Below, piece after piece: positions 46,615 to 62,083 of a stretch of DNA of 64,000 bases. The stretch lies in NCBI RefSeq assembly GCF_009914755.1, contig NC_060928.1, one strand, 5' to 3'. A program made the translations under genes and the position numbers. The stretch comes from the human T2T-CHM13v2.0 reference genome, Homo sapiens. Under the pieces are notes generated by a model that was not told the DNA's origin, did no database searches, and worked only from the letters and a program-made list of their open reading frames with translations. Numbering within the stretch: position 1 is the first letter of the stretch; every line of letters starts with the position of its first letter.

Positions 46615-47817
46615 CAGTCATGTGTTGCTTAATGATGGGCTGATGTTCTGAAAAATTATGTCCACAGGCAATTTCATCATTGTGTGAACATCCTAGAGTA
46701 TACTTATACAAACCTAGATGGTGTAGCCTACTACACCCCTAGGCTGTATGGTATAGCCTAGTGTTCCTATGCTTCAAACCTGTGCATCAGGTGACTGTAC
46801 TGAATACTGCAGGCAATTGGAATGCAAGGGTATTTGTGTATCTAAACATAACTAAATGTAGAAATAAATACAGCATAAAATATGAAAAATGACACACCTG
46901 AATAGGGCACTTACCATGAACAGAGCTTGCTGGACTGCAAGTTGCTCTGGGTGAGTCAATGAGTGAGCGGTAAGTGAATATGAAGGCCTATGATATTACT
47001 GTATACTACTGTAGACTTTATACACATGGTACACTTAGGTTACACTAAATTTGTAAAAATATTTTTCTTTCTTCAATAACAAATTAAACTTCACTTACTG
47101 TAACATTTTTATTTTATACACTTTTTATTTTTTTAACTCTGACTCTTCTGTAATAACACTTAGGTTGAAACACAAACACATTGTACAGCTGTACAAAAAT
47201 ATTTTCTGTTTTCTATCTTTTTTCCATAACACTTTTTTCTATTTTTAAAAATATTGCTTGTTTACTTTTTAAATTTGTGTTAAAAACTAAGACCCAAACA
47301 CACACATTAGCCTAGGCCTACACAGGGTCAGGGTCATCAATATCACTTTCTTCCATCTCCACATTTTGTTCCACTGGAAGATCTTCAGGGGCAATAACAT
47401 GCATGAAGCTGTCATATCCTCTATAGCAATGACTTCTTCTGGAAGAAGACCTGCTTCTGAAGGACCACCTGAGGCTGTTTTACAATTTTTTTTAATAAAT
47501 AGAAGGAGTACACTATAAAATAGTGATAAAAAGCATAGTAAACACGAAAATCAGTAAATAGTAATTTATTATCATTTTCAAGTATTACATACTGTGCCTA
47601 ATTGTATGTGCTATGCTTTTATATGCCTGGCAGTGCAGTAGGTTTGTTTACACCAGGATCACCTCAAACATGTGAGTAATGTATTGCAATAAAACATTAC
47701 TATGGCTATGGCATCACTAGTAAATAGGAATTTTTCAGCTCTACTATAATTTTATGGGACCATCATTGTGTATGCAGTCTATTGCTGACTGCAATGTTGT
47801 TATGTGGCACACGGCTG
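46615..47817 (+). mobile_element. Tigger3 (Tigger3b-like) TcMar DNA transposon, nonautonomous
   Basis: TIRs cagtcatgtgttgcttaa / ttatgtggcacacggctg followed by ta. Internal aaacctagatggtgtagcctactacac. About 1.2 kb. Confidence 0.88.
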
Positions 47818-50308
47818 TAAACAAACAAAACTCTAGTATGTTAAACAAAGGGTAAAGGCTCCTCATTGAATTCCCATATCTTTGTTCATGAACAGTGGTC
47901 TAGGTCATGGCAACATATCCTCTCCAAATTGAAAGAAAAGTTGTAGCATTTCACATTTTTTAACCATTAAGAAAGGACAGTATTTGGTAGTCTTTGAATT
48001 TTGGAAACATCACACACCTCATGCAGTTGTACTGCTTTCACTTACTGAGTTACTCATATGGCTTACAGGTTCCACAGAGGATTGTGAACTTCAGTTCAAG
48101 CAGCTTTGCCCTTCGGCTCTAATGATTTAGTAGATATAATGGTGCCTAAAATGTCTGTGGTTGACAAGAATGTTCTATGGAGCCTATTACGAGCCTTAGA
48201 AAGAGAACCACAGTCGGTCTGAGAAAACATCTATGCCCTTTTTGGCAGGTAGTAATTCTTTGTTTTAGAAATAGTTCCTGGCTTGCTATAGGAGCTTTGT
48301 AGAGAGTGAACACCTAACAATGAAAAAATATGTAGCTGTGTACCCTAAGCTATCCATCATAAATTATTTTTGCTTGATGAAAGAAAGCATATGATCAGGT
48401 GTGCCCAGAAGTATTCTATGGTCAAGTGGTAGCTGAATATACAAGATGTAGCATGAGCAGATCCTTGGAGGTACAAGTTTTAATAATTTTCAAAAATGGC
48501 TCTCACTCCCAATATGCCTAGCCCTAAGGTACTGTCACGTCTTCCTTAATCTGCACCTATGCTCTCATGAACAAATCCCAATTACAGACTGACGGACCAA
48601 GGAAAAAGCTGACTTGCAGAAGGTTCTTCATAATATGTTGAGCTGAAAGTATAATGTGGTGATACTCAATTGAGGCCCTGAAGGACAATTAAGTAGGAAA
48701 TGCTCCTAGTTTATAAAACTATGAGCAGTCCATCTCATCTTCCCTGTTCATCGAGGAGTGAAGGCCTGAGATGAGTCTCTACAATTCATGAGTGGTGGCT
48801 AAGTGAATTGGCTAGTAACATAGTCTTAGAAAAAAAAAAAAAAAGATTTGAAATTTGATAAGATTTGGAAAAGAAATACGTGGAGGAACCACTAGAAATT
48901 AGTTCAGAGCATAAGAATATGCATGTCTTTATCAATGTTTACCACAGGGCTCCCACTGTTGGGGAGGAGAGCAGAGGAAGTTCTTACATGTAAGGTTTAA
49001 AAAATGTTATCTTCTGTGGATTCATTTAACCTCTTTCCAAAGCCATAGCAGTGATTACTCTAAGTATTCATGAACAAAGTGACCAAGGTGGAAGTATGGG
49101 CAATGTTCATGTGTAGAACATGAACTTCTCACCACATCTGACTGATCATGAAGAGCTCATTCTCATTCGTGTCAACAATGACCATTTCTAAGTCTGATAT
49201 GATATCCCATCCTAGGGTGATGAACCTGCCACATGGTAGCAGAGTGAGAGCACAGGAAATGCAAAGTGTCTTTTTCTTGGTTATACTTTGTTAGCAACAT
49301 CCTTGGGTTTACTGAGGAGAAACAAATCTTAAAGAACAATGCAATGGACTAGCAAATACATGGCATTGTGTCTCTCATAGAACTAAGGGGTGCAATTAGG
49401 CATGGCAACTTGCATTGTTACACATGTTTAATTTGGCCTACTTACAAAAAAAATGGTATGTATATATATATATATGATCTCTAGGAAACTACGCTCTGTT
49501 CATTTGTAGGTCTGAGTGCCCAAGAGAGTAATTCTTTCACTACATTAAATATGGGACTGTCAATGGCCATTTTGATATCCTTATGTTTCTAGATGGACAG
49601 GGCTATTAATCATAATTATGAATGAAAAATTGATCCTATATAATGAGAGTTAGGAAGAATATTCTAGACTATTAGGGATAATTCTAAGTATCTTTTAGTG
49701 TTCCCATGTCCAGTGAAAAACGTTAATGTAAGACAAAGCAACCCCATATACACAGTCCATCAAAGGTTCTAATACCTTAGAGTTGCAAGATTCATCCATC
49801 CCACCAGGTGAAAAAACCCAACCAGCCAAGGTGTTTGTAAAGAAAAATAAAACATGAAATGCATAGTCAAGGAAGGGCATTATAAGCACCAATGGCCTCA
49901 TGACCAATTGCAGTACTGAATTTCTTCTTGGTGCTGTATTTTTGGAGTATATTGGTCATGGTTAATTTTATTACTTAGTCTATAAGTTATAAAATGCTAA
50001 TGCAGGGCTTTGATTCAGTTAAGGTAAGAAAGAACACCAGTCAGTGTTGAATGTCGTGACTGACAAGACATTGCATCTTCCCTCTGGAAAACATACACTG
50101 AGTACAATTTTATTTCTGTAAAGGATTTTTCAATCTGTTTAGTGGAGTACGTTGTACTATACTTGTTGTTTGAAACTGTGCACATGGAAAAGAATATATC
50201 TAGTCAACATACTGAAAGGGTTGAACTATGGTAGATAAATTAGATCGGCTCACTCACCACTCACTCCTATCCCCATTTAGGATTGTACCATATTGTACCT
50301 TATCTGCC

Positions 50309-50688
50309 TGTATTAGTTCATTCTCACACTGCTATAAAGACATACCTGAGACTGAGTAATTTATATAGAAAAAAGATTTAATCAGCTCATGGTTCTGCAG
50401 GCTGTTCAGGCTTCGGCTTCTGGGGAGGTATCAGGAAACTTACAATCATAGAGGAAAGCAAAGGGGAAGGAAGTACGTCTACAAGGCAGGAGCAGGAGGA
50501 AGAGAGCGAAGGCGGAGGTGCTACGTATTGGTCAAACAACCAGGTTTCATTAGAACTCTATCAAGAGACAGCACTAGAGGGATAGTGCTAAACCTTTAGA
50601 AACCACCCTCATGGTTCAGTCACATCCAATATTGGGAATTACAATTCAACAACAGATTTGGGTGAGAACACAGAGCCAAACCATATCA
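50309..50688 (-). mobile_element. MSTA/MSTB MaLR solo LTR nested in the ERVL 3' LTR
   Basis: tgtattagtt...gagccaaaccatatca with a perfect 5-bp TSD ctgcc. Confidence 0.93.
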
Positions 50689-51928
50689 CTGCCTATTCTT
50701 TGGAAACCAGAACACATATTTCCCAGTTCTTTTACCGTAAGGGTTCCACGTGTTCCAGTGAGATGATTCTACTCTACAAACCTTGAAACAGGAAAGTGAG
50801 CAACATGAGATGGCAGCCTCACCTAAGGAAATGATATTTTCTTGCAACTATAGTGGTAAAGACATCTGGTTCTCTGGAGTAGCACTGATGCAGGTTCTAT
50901 CCTGGCATAGTAAGTTCCAAGTAGCAGATGTCAGCAGAGGTAGAACTTCTCCTAGAAATGTCTCATGGTGTGGTTGGGTGATACTCCTTTTGTTTTGTTC
51001 CTGACTTGGGGTATGCAAGCCTAATTCCCTGACCTTTCTGAATATTCCACACACTACTAAATATCCTTAAATAATACCCTAGCAAGAGGTTTTCTGTTGT
51101 TTGCAATCATGAATCTTGACCAATCCAATAAAATATTTTTACATAAAGGGATTATTTTAATTCATAAATGCTATATTATAATTAAGTATTTTTTTCTTTT
51201 TTGAAAAAAGTCGAGATATAATTTTCACACAGTAAAATGCACAGGACTTGGATGAATGGTTCCATGAGTTTTGACAAATGCCTAAACTGTGTAACCCACA
51301 ACCCTACTCAGATATAAAAATAATTTCATTAGCCAAACAAATCCTCTCATGCCACTTCAAAGTAAATTCTCTTCCTCCAGAGGGTACCCCACTTCTTACT
51401 TCTACCACAACAGATCAGTTTTGCCTATTCTAAAATGCCTCATAAATAAAGTTACGCAGTAACTACAACTTTGAATCTGTCTTCTATCATTTAGCATGTT
51501 TTGAGATTCAGCCATGTTACTGTATCAGTAGATTATTCAGTTTTATTGCTGCATTGTATGAATATGCCACAGTTTTCTGATTCATTCTCCTTTTAATGAA
51601 CACCACATTGTTTTCATTTCTTGGTTATTGCAAAGCTGCTATAAACATTTTGGCACAAGCCTTTTTATTGATATAAGTTTTCATTTCTCTCAGCTAGATA
51701 TTTAATAGTAAAAGTGATGGAACATAGATTAGGTGGGTATTTAAGCTTAAAAGAAACTTTCAAACTATTTTCAAGGTGGTTGTACCACCATTGTTCCACC
51801 AACAATGTTTGAGAGTCCTAGTTCCTTCATATCCTTAAAAACATTAAGACTCCTCAGTGTTTTTAATGTAATAATTCCAGAAGAAGTACAGAGGTATATC
51901 ACTGTGGTTTTAATTTTAATTTTCCTGA

Positions 51929-52233
51929 TGATATGGTTTCTGGAAGGCACCTGGTGGGAGGTAATTGAATCATGGGGACGGGTCTTTCCCATGCTGTTCT
52001 CATGACAGTGAATAAGTCTCATAAGATCTGATGGTTTTATAAAGAGGAGTTGCCCTGCACAAGCTCTTTTTGCCTGCTGCCATGTAAGACATGACTTTGC
52101 TCCTCCTTCACCTTCTGCCATGATTATGAGGCCTCCCCAGCCATATGAAGCTGTGAGTCAATTAAACCTCTTTCCTTTATAAATTACCCAGTCTTGGGTA
52201 TGTCTTTATTTGCAGTGTGAGCTGACTAATACA
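51929..52233 (+). mobile_element. THE1-type MaLR solo LTR with a short 5' internal deletion
   Basis: tgatatggttt...ggaggtaattgaatcatgggg...gactaataca. TSD cctga/cctaa. Confidence 0.92.
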
Positions 52234-53711
52234 CCTAATTATTACAATATTGACCACATTTTCATTGTGCTTATTGGCCATTTGTATATTTTCCTTTGAG
52301 AACAATTTAAGTGTTTTATGTAGTTGAAAGTTGGGTTGTTTGTAGGAGTCCTTTATATTTTGAATATAAGTCCTTTTTCAGATAGATGTACTGCAAATAT
52401 ATTCTCTCAGCCAATGGGGTTTTTATTCATTTTCTTAATGATGTGTTTTGATGAGTTGAAGTTATTAATTTTCATGTAGTTTAGTTTATCAATTTTTTTC
52501 CTTTTATACTTACTATTTTCTGTAACCTGTCAAAATGCTTTGCCTATGCCAAGGTCACAAGTATAATCTCCTGGCTTTTCCTAGAAGATTAATGGTTCTA
52601 GCTTTTATGTTTATGTATGTGATTCAAACAGAATTTATTTTTGTGTAAAATGTGAGGTAGGCATCAATGTCTATTTTCTTCCATGTGGCTATCCAGTTGT
52701 TCCAGCCACATTTGGTGAACAGTGTTTCTTTGCCCATTGAATTGCTTTGACATCACTGTAGCAAATCAAGTCACTCTGTTTGGGAAGGTCTATTTCTAGC
52801 CTTTGTAGTTTTTCACTGGTCTTTTTCTTTACACATATGCCAGCACTACACTTTTTAGATTACTATAGTTTCATAGTAATTCTGGAAATTGGACAATGTA
52901 AGTCATAAAATGTTGCTTTTTTTCCAAAATTGTCCAGTTATTTTAGGTTTTTTTCACTCCCATATTATTCTTAAAATTACCTTGTCAATTTCTACCAGAA
53001 AGCTTGCTAAGATTTTGATTGAGTTTGACTATATAGAACATTCTGGGGATAATGACATCTTAACACTATTGAATCCTCCAGTCCATTTTTATAATATATT
53101 TGCTCATGATTGTCATGTAGTTTTCAGTTTAGAAGTCTTGCATATCTGTCACTATATTTGTTTGTAAGTATTTTGTTTTTGTATTATAATTGCGTTACTT
53201 TAAATTTTACTTTCCAATTATTCACTAGTAATAAATAGAAATACAGTATATTTTTGAATCTTGTGATGTTGCTAAATTTACTTAGTTTTATGGTTTATTT
53301 ATAAATTCCTTGGGATTTTCTACATAGAAAATTATATCAGCTGAGAATGAAGACAGTATATCATTTTTCCCTTCCTAATCCTTATGCCTTTGAGGCAATT
53401 TTCTTGCCCTTCACTGGCTAGGATTTGAAGTACAATTTTGAATAGAACTGGTGAGATTAGATGTGTTTGCCTACTTCTAGAACATATGAGAAAGGGGTTA
53501 AAAGTTTGACCATTAAGAATTATTTTGGCTAAAAGTTTAGTGAAGAGGCCATTTATCAGATCGAGGAAATTCCTTGTTTCTACTTTGCTGACAGATTGCT
53601 ATCATGAATGCGTGCTTCAAACTTTGTCAAATATTCTTGCATCTATCAATATGATCATAAGATTTTTATCTTTTTTTCTGTTACTTTGGTATACTATATG
53701 AATTAATTTTT

Positions 53712-55728
53712 AAAAAAAAATTTCCCATAGGGGATCAGGTGGTGTTTAGTTACATAAATAAGTTTTTTTTTTATTTTTTATTTTGAGGAACACGTGGTGT
53801 TTAGTTACATGAATAAGTTCTTTAGTGGTGATTTCTGAGATTTTAGTGCACCCATCACCCAAGCAGTATACACTGTACCCAATTTGTAGTCTTTTATCCC
53901 TCACACCCCTCCCACCATTTCTCCAGAGCCACCAAAGTCCATTGTATCATTCTTACACCTTTGCATACTCATAGCTTAGCTCCCATTTATGAGTGAGAAC
54001 ATAGTATGTTTGGTTTTCCATTCCTGAGTTATTTCACTTAGAATAATGATCTTGAATCCCATCCAGGTAGCTGAGAATGCCATTATTTTTTTCCTTTTTA
54101 TAGTTGAGTAGTATTCCACGGTATACATAGGCACATTGGTCTGTCACAATTTTGTTATTCATTCATTTATTGATGGGCATTTGGGCTGGTTCCATATTTT
54201 TGCAATTGCGAACTGTGCTGCTATAAACATGCATGTGCAAGTATCTTTTTTGTATAATGACTTCTTTTCCTCTGGGTAGATACCCAGTAGTGGGATTGCT
54301 GGATCAAATGGTATTTCTACTTTTAGTTCTTTAAGGTATCTCCACACTGTTTTCTATAATGGTTGTACTAGTTTACATTCCCACCAGCAGTGTAAAAGTC
54401 TTCCCTTTTCACCACACCCCCACCAACATCTATTATTTTTTATTTTTTGATTATGGCCAATCTTGCAGGAGTAAGGTGGTATCACACTGTGGTTTTTATT
54501 TGCATTTCCCTGATAATTAGTGATGTTGAGCATTTTTCTAGATATTGCTTGGCCATTTATATATTTTGAGTATTTTTCTTCATGTTCTTAGCCCACTTTT
54601 TGATGAGATTGTTTGTTTTTGCTTGCTGATTTGTTTGAGTTTCTTGTAGCTTCAGGATATTAGTCCTTTGTCAGACATGTAGATTGCAAAGATTTTCTCT
54701 CACTCCGTGGGTTGTCTGTTTACTCTGCTGATTGTTTCTTTTGCTGTGCAGAAGCTTCTTAGTTTAATTAAGTCCCATGTATTGATCTCTGTTTTTGTTG
54801 CATTTGCTTTTGGGTTCTTGGTCATGAAGTCTTTGCCTAAGCCCATGTATAGAAAGGCTTTTCTAATGTTATCTTCTGGAATTTTTATTGTTTCAGGTCT
54901 TAGATTTATGTCCTTGATACATCTTGAGTTGATTTTTCTATAAGGTGAGAGATGAGGATCTAGTTTCATTCTTCTACATGTGGCTTGCCAATTATCCAAG
55001 CACCATTTGAATAGGGTGTCCTTTCTCCACTATATGTTATTGTTTGCTTTGTTGAAGATCAGTTGGCTGTAAGTAATTGACTTTATTATTGAGTTCTCTA
55101 TTCTGTTCCATTGGTCTATGTGCCTATTTTTATACCAGTACCATGCTGTTCTGGTGACTATGGCCTTATAGTATAGTTTGAAATCAGGTAATGTCATGTC
55201 TCCAGATTTGTTCTTTTTGTGTAGTCTTGCTTTGGCTATGTGGACTCTTTTGGTTCCATATAAATTTTAGGATTGTTTTTTATAATTCTGTGAAGAATGG
55301 TGGTGGTATTTTGATGGGAATTGCATTGAATTTGTAGATTGCTTTTGACAGTATGGTCATTTTCACAATACTGATTCTATTCATCCATTAGCATGGGATG
55401 TGTTTTCATTTGTTTGTGTCATCTGTGATTTCTTTGAGTGGTGTTTTGTAGTTTTCCTTGTAGAGGCCTTTTGCCTCGTTGGTTAGATATATTCCTAAGT
55501 ATTTTATTTATTTTATTTTGTTTTGTAGCTACTGTAAAAGGGATTGAGTTTTTGATTTGATTCTCCACTTTGTCACTATTGGTGTATAGCAGTCTGCTAA
55601 TTTGTGTACATTAATTTTGTATCCTGAAACTTTGCTGAATTTCTCACTTCCATGAGCCTTTTGGAGGAGTCTTTAGGGTTTTCTAGGTATGCAATTATAT
55701 CCTCAGCAAATAGTGACGGTTTGACTAA
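53712..55728 (-). mobile_element. 5'-truncated L1PB (L1PB1-like)
   Basis: 3' UTR ggtgtttagttacatgaataagttctttagtggtgattt. Minus-strand ORF2 peptides at 54159-54347 and 54700-54999. TSD-like aattaattttt/aactgattttt. Confidence 0.9.
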
Positions 55729-56650
55729 CTGATTTTTGGATGTTGAAACTATCTTACATTCTTGGAATAAACTCTACTTGGTCATGTTTTATTATGATTT
55801 TTACATATTACTGATTTCATTTGCTAATATTCTGTCCATCTGTGTTTATGGTGGATGTTGGTAACATATGATCATTCTGGCAATGTCTTGTCAGTTTTAT
55901 TCTGTTTTAATATTTTCTGGAAGTGTTTGGGGAAAAATTAGATTATTTTCTACTTACATGTTTAGTTAAATTCCCCAGTATAGCTATCTAAATGTGACGG
56001 TTTCTCTCTGCAAAGTTTACAAATTATGAACTCAATTTCTTTGACAGTTGTAGGGCTATTTAAATTTTCTCTTTTTTCATTGTGTCACTTTCATAGATGT
56101 GTGTCTCTCAATAAATTAGTTCCTTGCTTCAACATATACAAAATAACCAATGTGATATATCATATCAACAGAATGAAGGACAAAAACTATATGATCATTT
56201 CAGTTAATGCTGAAACAGCATTTGAAAAAATTCAACATCCCTTCATGATTTTAAAAAAACACACAGAAATCATTCTACTGGGGAGGAGCCAAGATGGCCG
56301 AATAGGAACAGCTCCGGTCTACAGCTCCCAGCGTGAGCGATGCAGAAGACGGTGATTTCTGCATTTCCATCTGAGGTACGGGGTTCATCTCACTAGGGAG
56401 TGCCAGACAGTGGGCGCAGGTCAGTGGGTGCGTGCACAGTGTGTGAGCCGAAGCAGGGCGAGGCATTGCCTCACTTGGGAAGCACAAGGGGTCAGGGAGT
56501 TCCCTTTCCGAGTCAAAGAAAGGGGTGATGGATGCACCTGGAAAATCGGGTCACTTCCACCCAAATACTGCGCTTTTCCAACCGGCTTAAAACGTGCACC
56601 ACGAGATTATATCCCGCACCAGGCTCGGAGGGTCCTACGCCCACGGAGTC

Positions 56651-56725
56651 TCACTGATTGCTAGCACAGCAGTCTGAGATCAAACTGCAAGGTGGCAGCG
56701 AGGCTGGGGGAGGGGCGCCCGCCAT
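56651..56725 (-). pseudogene. L1 antisense ORF0, truncated
   Basis: Reads MAGAPPPASLPPCSLISDCCASNQ and then TGA (a CGA>TGA change). Confidence 0.85.
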
Positions 56726-57181
56726 TGCCCAGGCTTGCTTAGGTAAACAAAGCAGCTGGGAAGCTCAAACTTGGTGGAGCCCACCACAGCTCAAGGAGGC
56801 CTGCCTGCCTCTGTAGGCTCCACCTCTGGGGGCAGGGCACAGACAAACAAAAAGACAGCAGTAACTTCTGCAGACTTAAATGTCCCTGTCTGACAGCTTT
56901 GAAGAGAGCAGTGGTTCTCCCAGCACAGAGTTTGAGATCTAAGAACGGACAGACTGCCTCCTCAAGGGGGTCCCTGACCCCTGACCCCCGAGCAGCCTAA
57001 CTGGGAGGCACCCCCCGAGCAGGGGCACACTGACACCTCACACGGAAGGGTATTCCAACAGACCTGCAGCTGAGGGTCCTGTCTGTTAGAAGGAAAACTA
57101 ACAAACAGAAAGGACATCCACACCAAAAACCCATCTGTACATCACCATCATCAAAGACCAAAAGTAGATAAAACCACAAAG

Positions 57182-58193
57182 ATGGGGAAAAAACAGAACA
57201 GAAAAACTAGAAACTCTAAAAGGCAGAGCACCTCTCCTCCTCCAAAGGAACACAGTTCCTCACCAGCAACGGAACAAAGCTGGATGGATAATGACTTTGA
57301 CGAGCTGAGAGAAGAAGGCTTCAGACGATCAAATTACTCTGAGCTATGGGAGGACATTCAAACCAAAGGCAAAGTTGAAAACTTTGAAAAAAATTTAGAA
57401 GAATGTATAACTAGAATAACCAATACAGAGAAGTGCTTAAAGGAGCTGATGGAGCTGAAAACCAAGGCTCGAGAAGTACGTGAAGAATGCAGAAGCCTCA
57501 GGAGCCGATGCAATCAACTGGAAGAAAGGGTATCAGTGATGGAAGATGAAATGAATAAAATGAAGTGAGAAGGGAAGTTTAGAGAAAAAAGAATAAAAAG
57601 AAATGAGCAAAGCCTCCAAGAAATATGGGACTATGTGAAAAGACTAAATCTACGTCGATTGGTGTACCTGAAAGTGATGGGGAGAATGGAACCAAGTTGG
57701 AAAACACTCTGCAGGATATTATCCAGAAGAACTTCCCCAATCTAGCAAGGCAGGCCAACGTTCAGATTCAGGAAATACAGAGAATGCCACAAAGATACTC
57801 CTCGAGAAGAGCAACTCCAAGACACATAATTGTCAGATTCACCAAAGTTGAAATGAAGGAAAAAATGTTAAGGGCAGCCAGAGAGAAAGGTTGGGTTACC
57901 CACAAAGGGAAGCCCATCAGACTAACAGCGGATCTCTCGGCAGAAACCCTACAAGCCAGAAGAGAGTGGGGCCAATATTCAACATTCTTAAAGAAAAGAA
58001 TTTTCAACCCAGAATTTCATATCCAGCCAAACTAAGCTTCATAAGTGAAGGAGAAATAAAATACTTTACAGACAAGCAAATGCTGAGAGATTTTGTCACC
58101 ACCGGGCCTGCCCTCAAAGAGCTCCTGAAGGAAGCACTAAACATGGAAAGGAACAACCGGCACAGGCCACTACAAAAACATGCCAAATTGTAA
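57182..58193 (+). pseudogene. L1 ORF1p, disrupted
   Basis: MGKKQNRKT.. with a stop at 57566-57568 and later frameshifts. Ends ..KHAKL. Confidence 0.95.
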
Positions 58194-58256
58194 AGACAAT
58201 TGATGCTAGGAAGAAATTGCATCAACTAACGAACAAAATAACCAGCTAACATCATA

Positions 58257-62083
<3,827 letters not shown>

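Larger units (their letters stand above)
44520..51128 (+). mobile_element. Degraded ERVL-class provirus (LTR67B-like LTRs plus internal region)
   Basis: 5' LTR-like end near 45076. Gag-leader-like ttggtactgacctaattaaattt. Polypurine tract aaagggttgaac before a 3' LTR at 50227-51128. The two LTR remnants share agag..ttc..ctagaa..gtc..tggt and ctaa/gcaaga..t.tgttgttt..aa motifs. The 5' boundary and family name are uncertain. Confidence 0.6.
51190..56100 (-). mobile_element. Old L1M (MB/MC/MD-type) on the minus strand, interrupted by THE1 and L1PB
   Basis: T-rich reverse L1 3' UTR and ORF2 motifs (tatccagttgttccagc; atttatcagatcgaggaaattcc; atttcatttgctaatatt). Confidence 0.8.

Noticed and set aside
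45076-50226. Domesticated gag/pol gene in the ERVL internal region
   Set aside because: No plus-strand ORF of 60 aa or more in the track, and it is interrupted by Tigger3.
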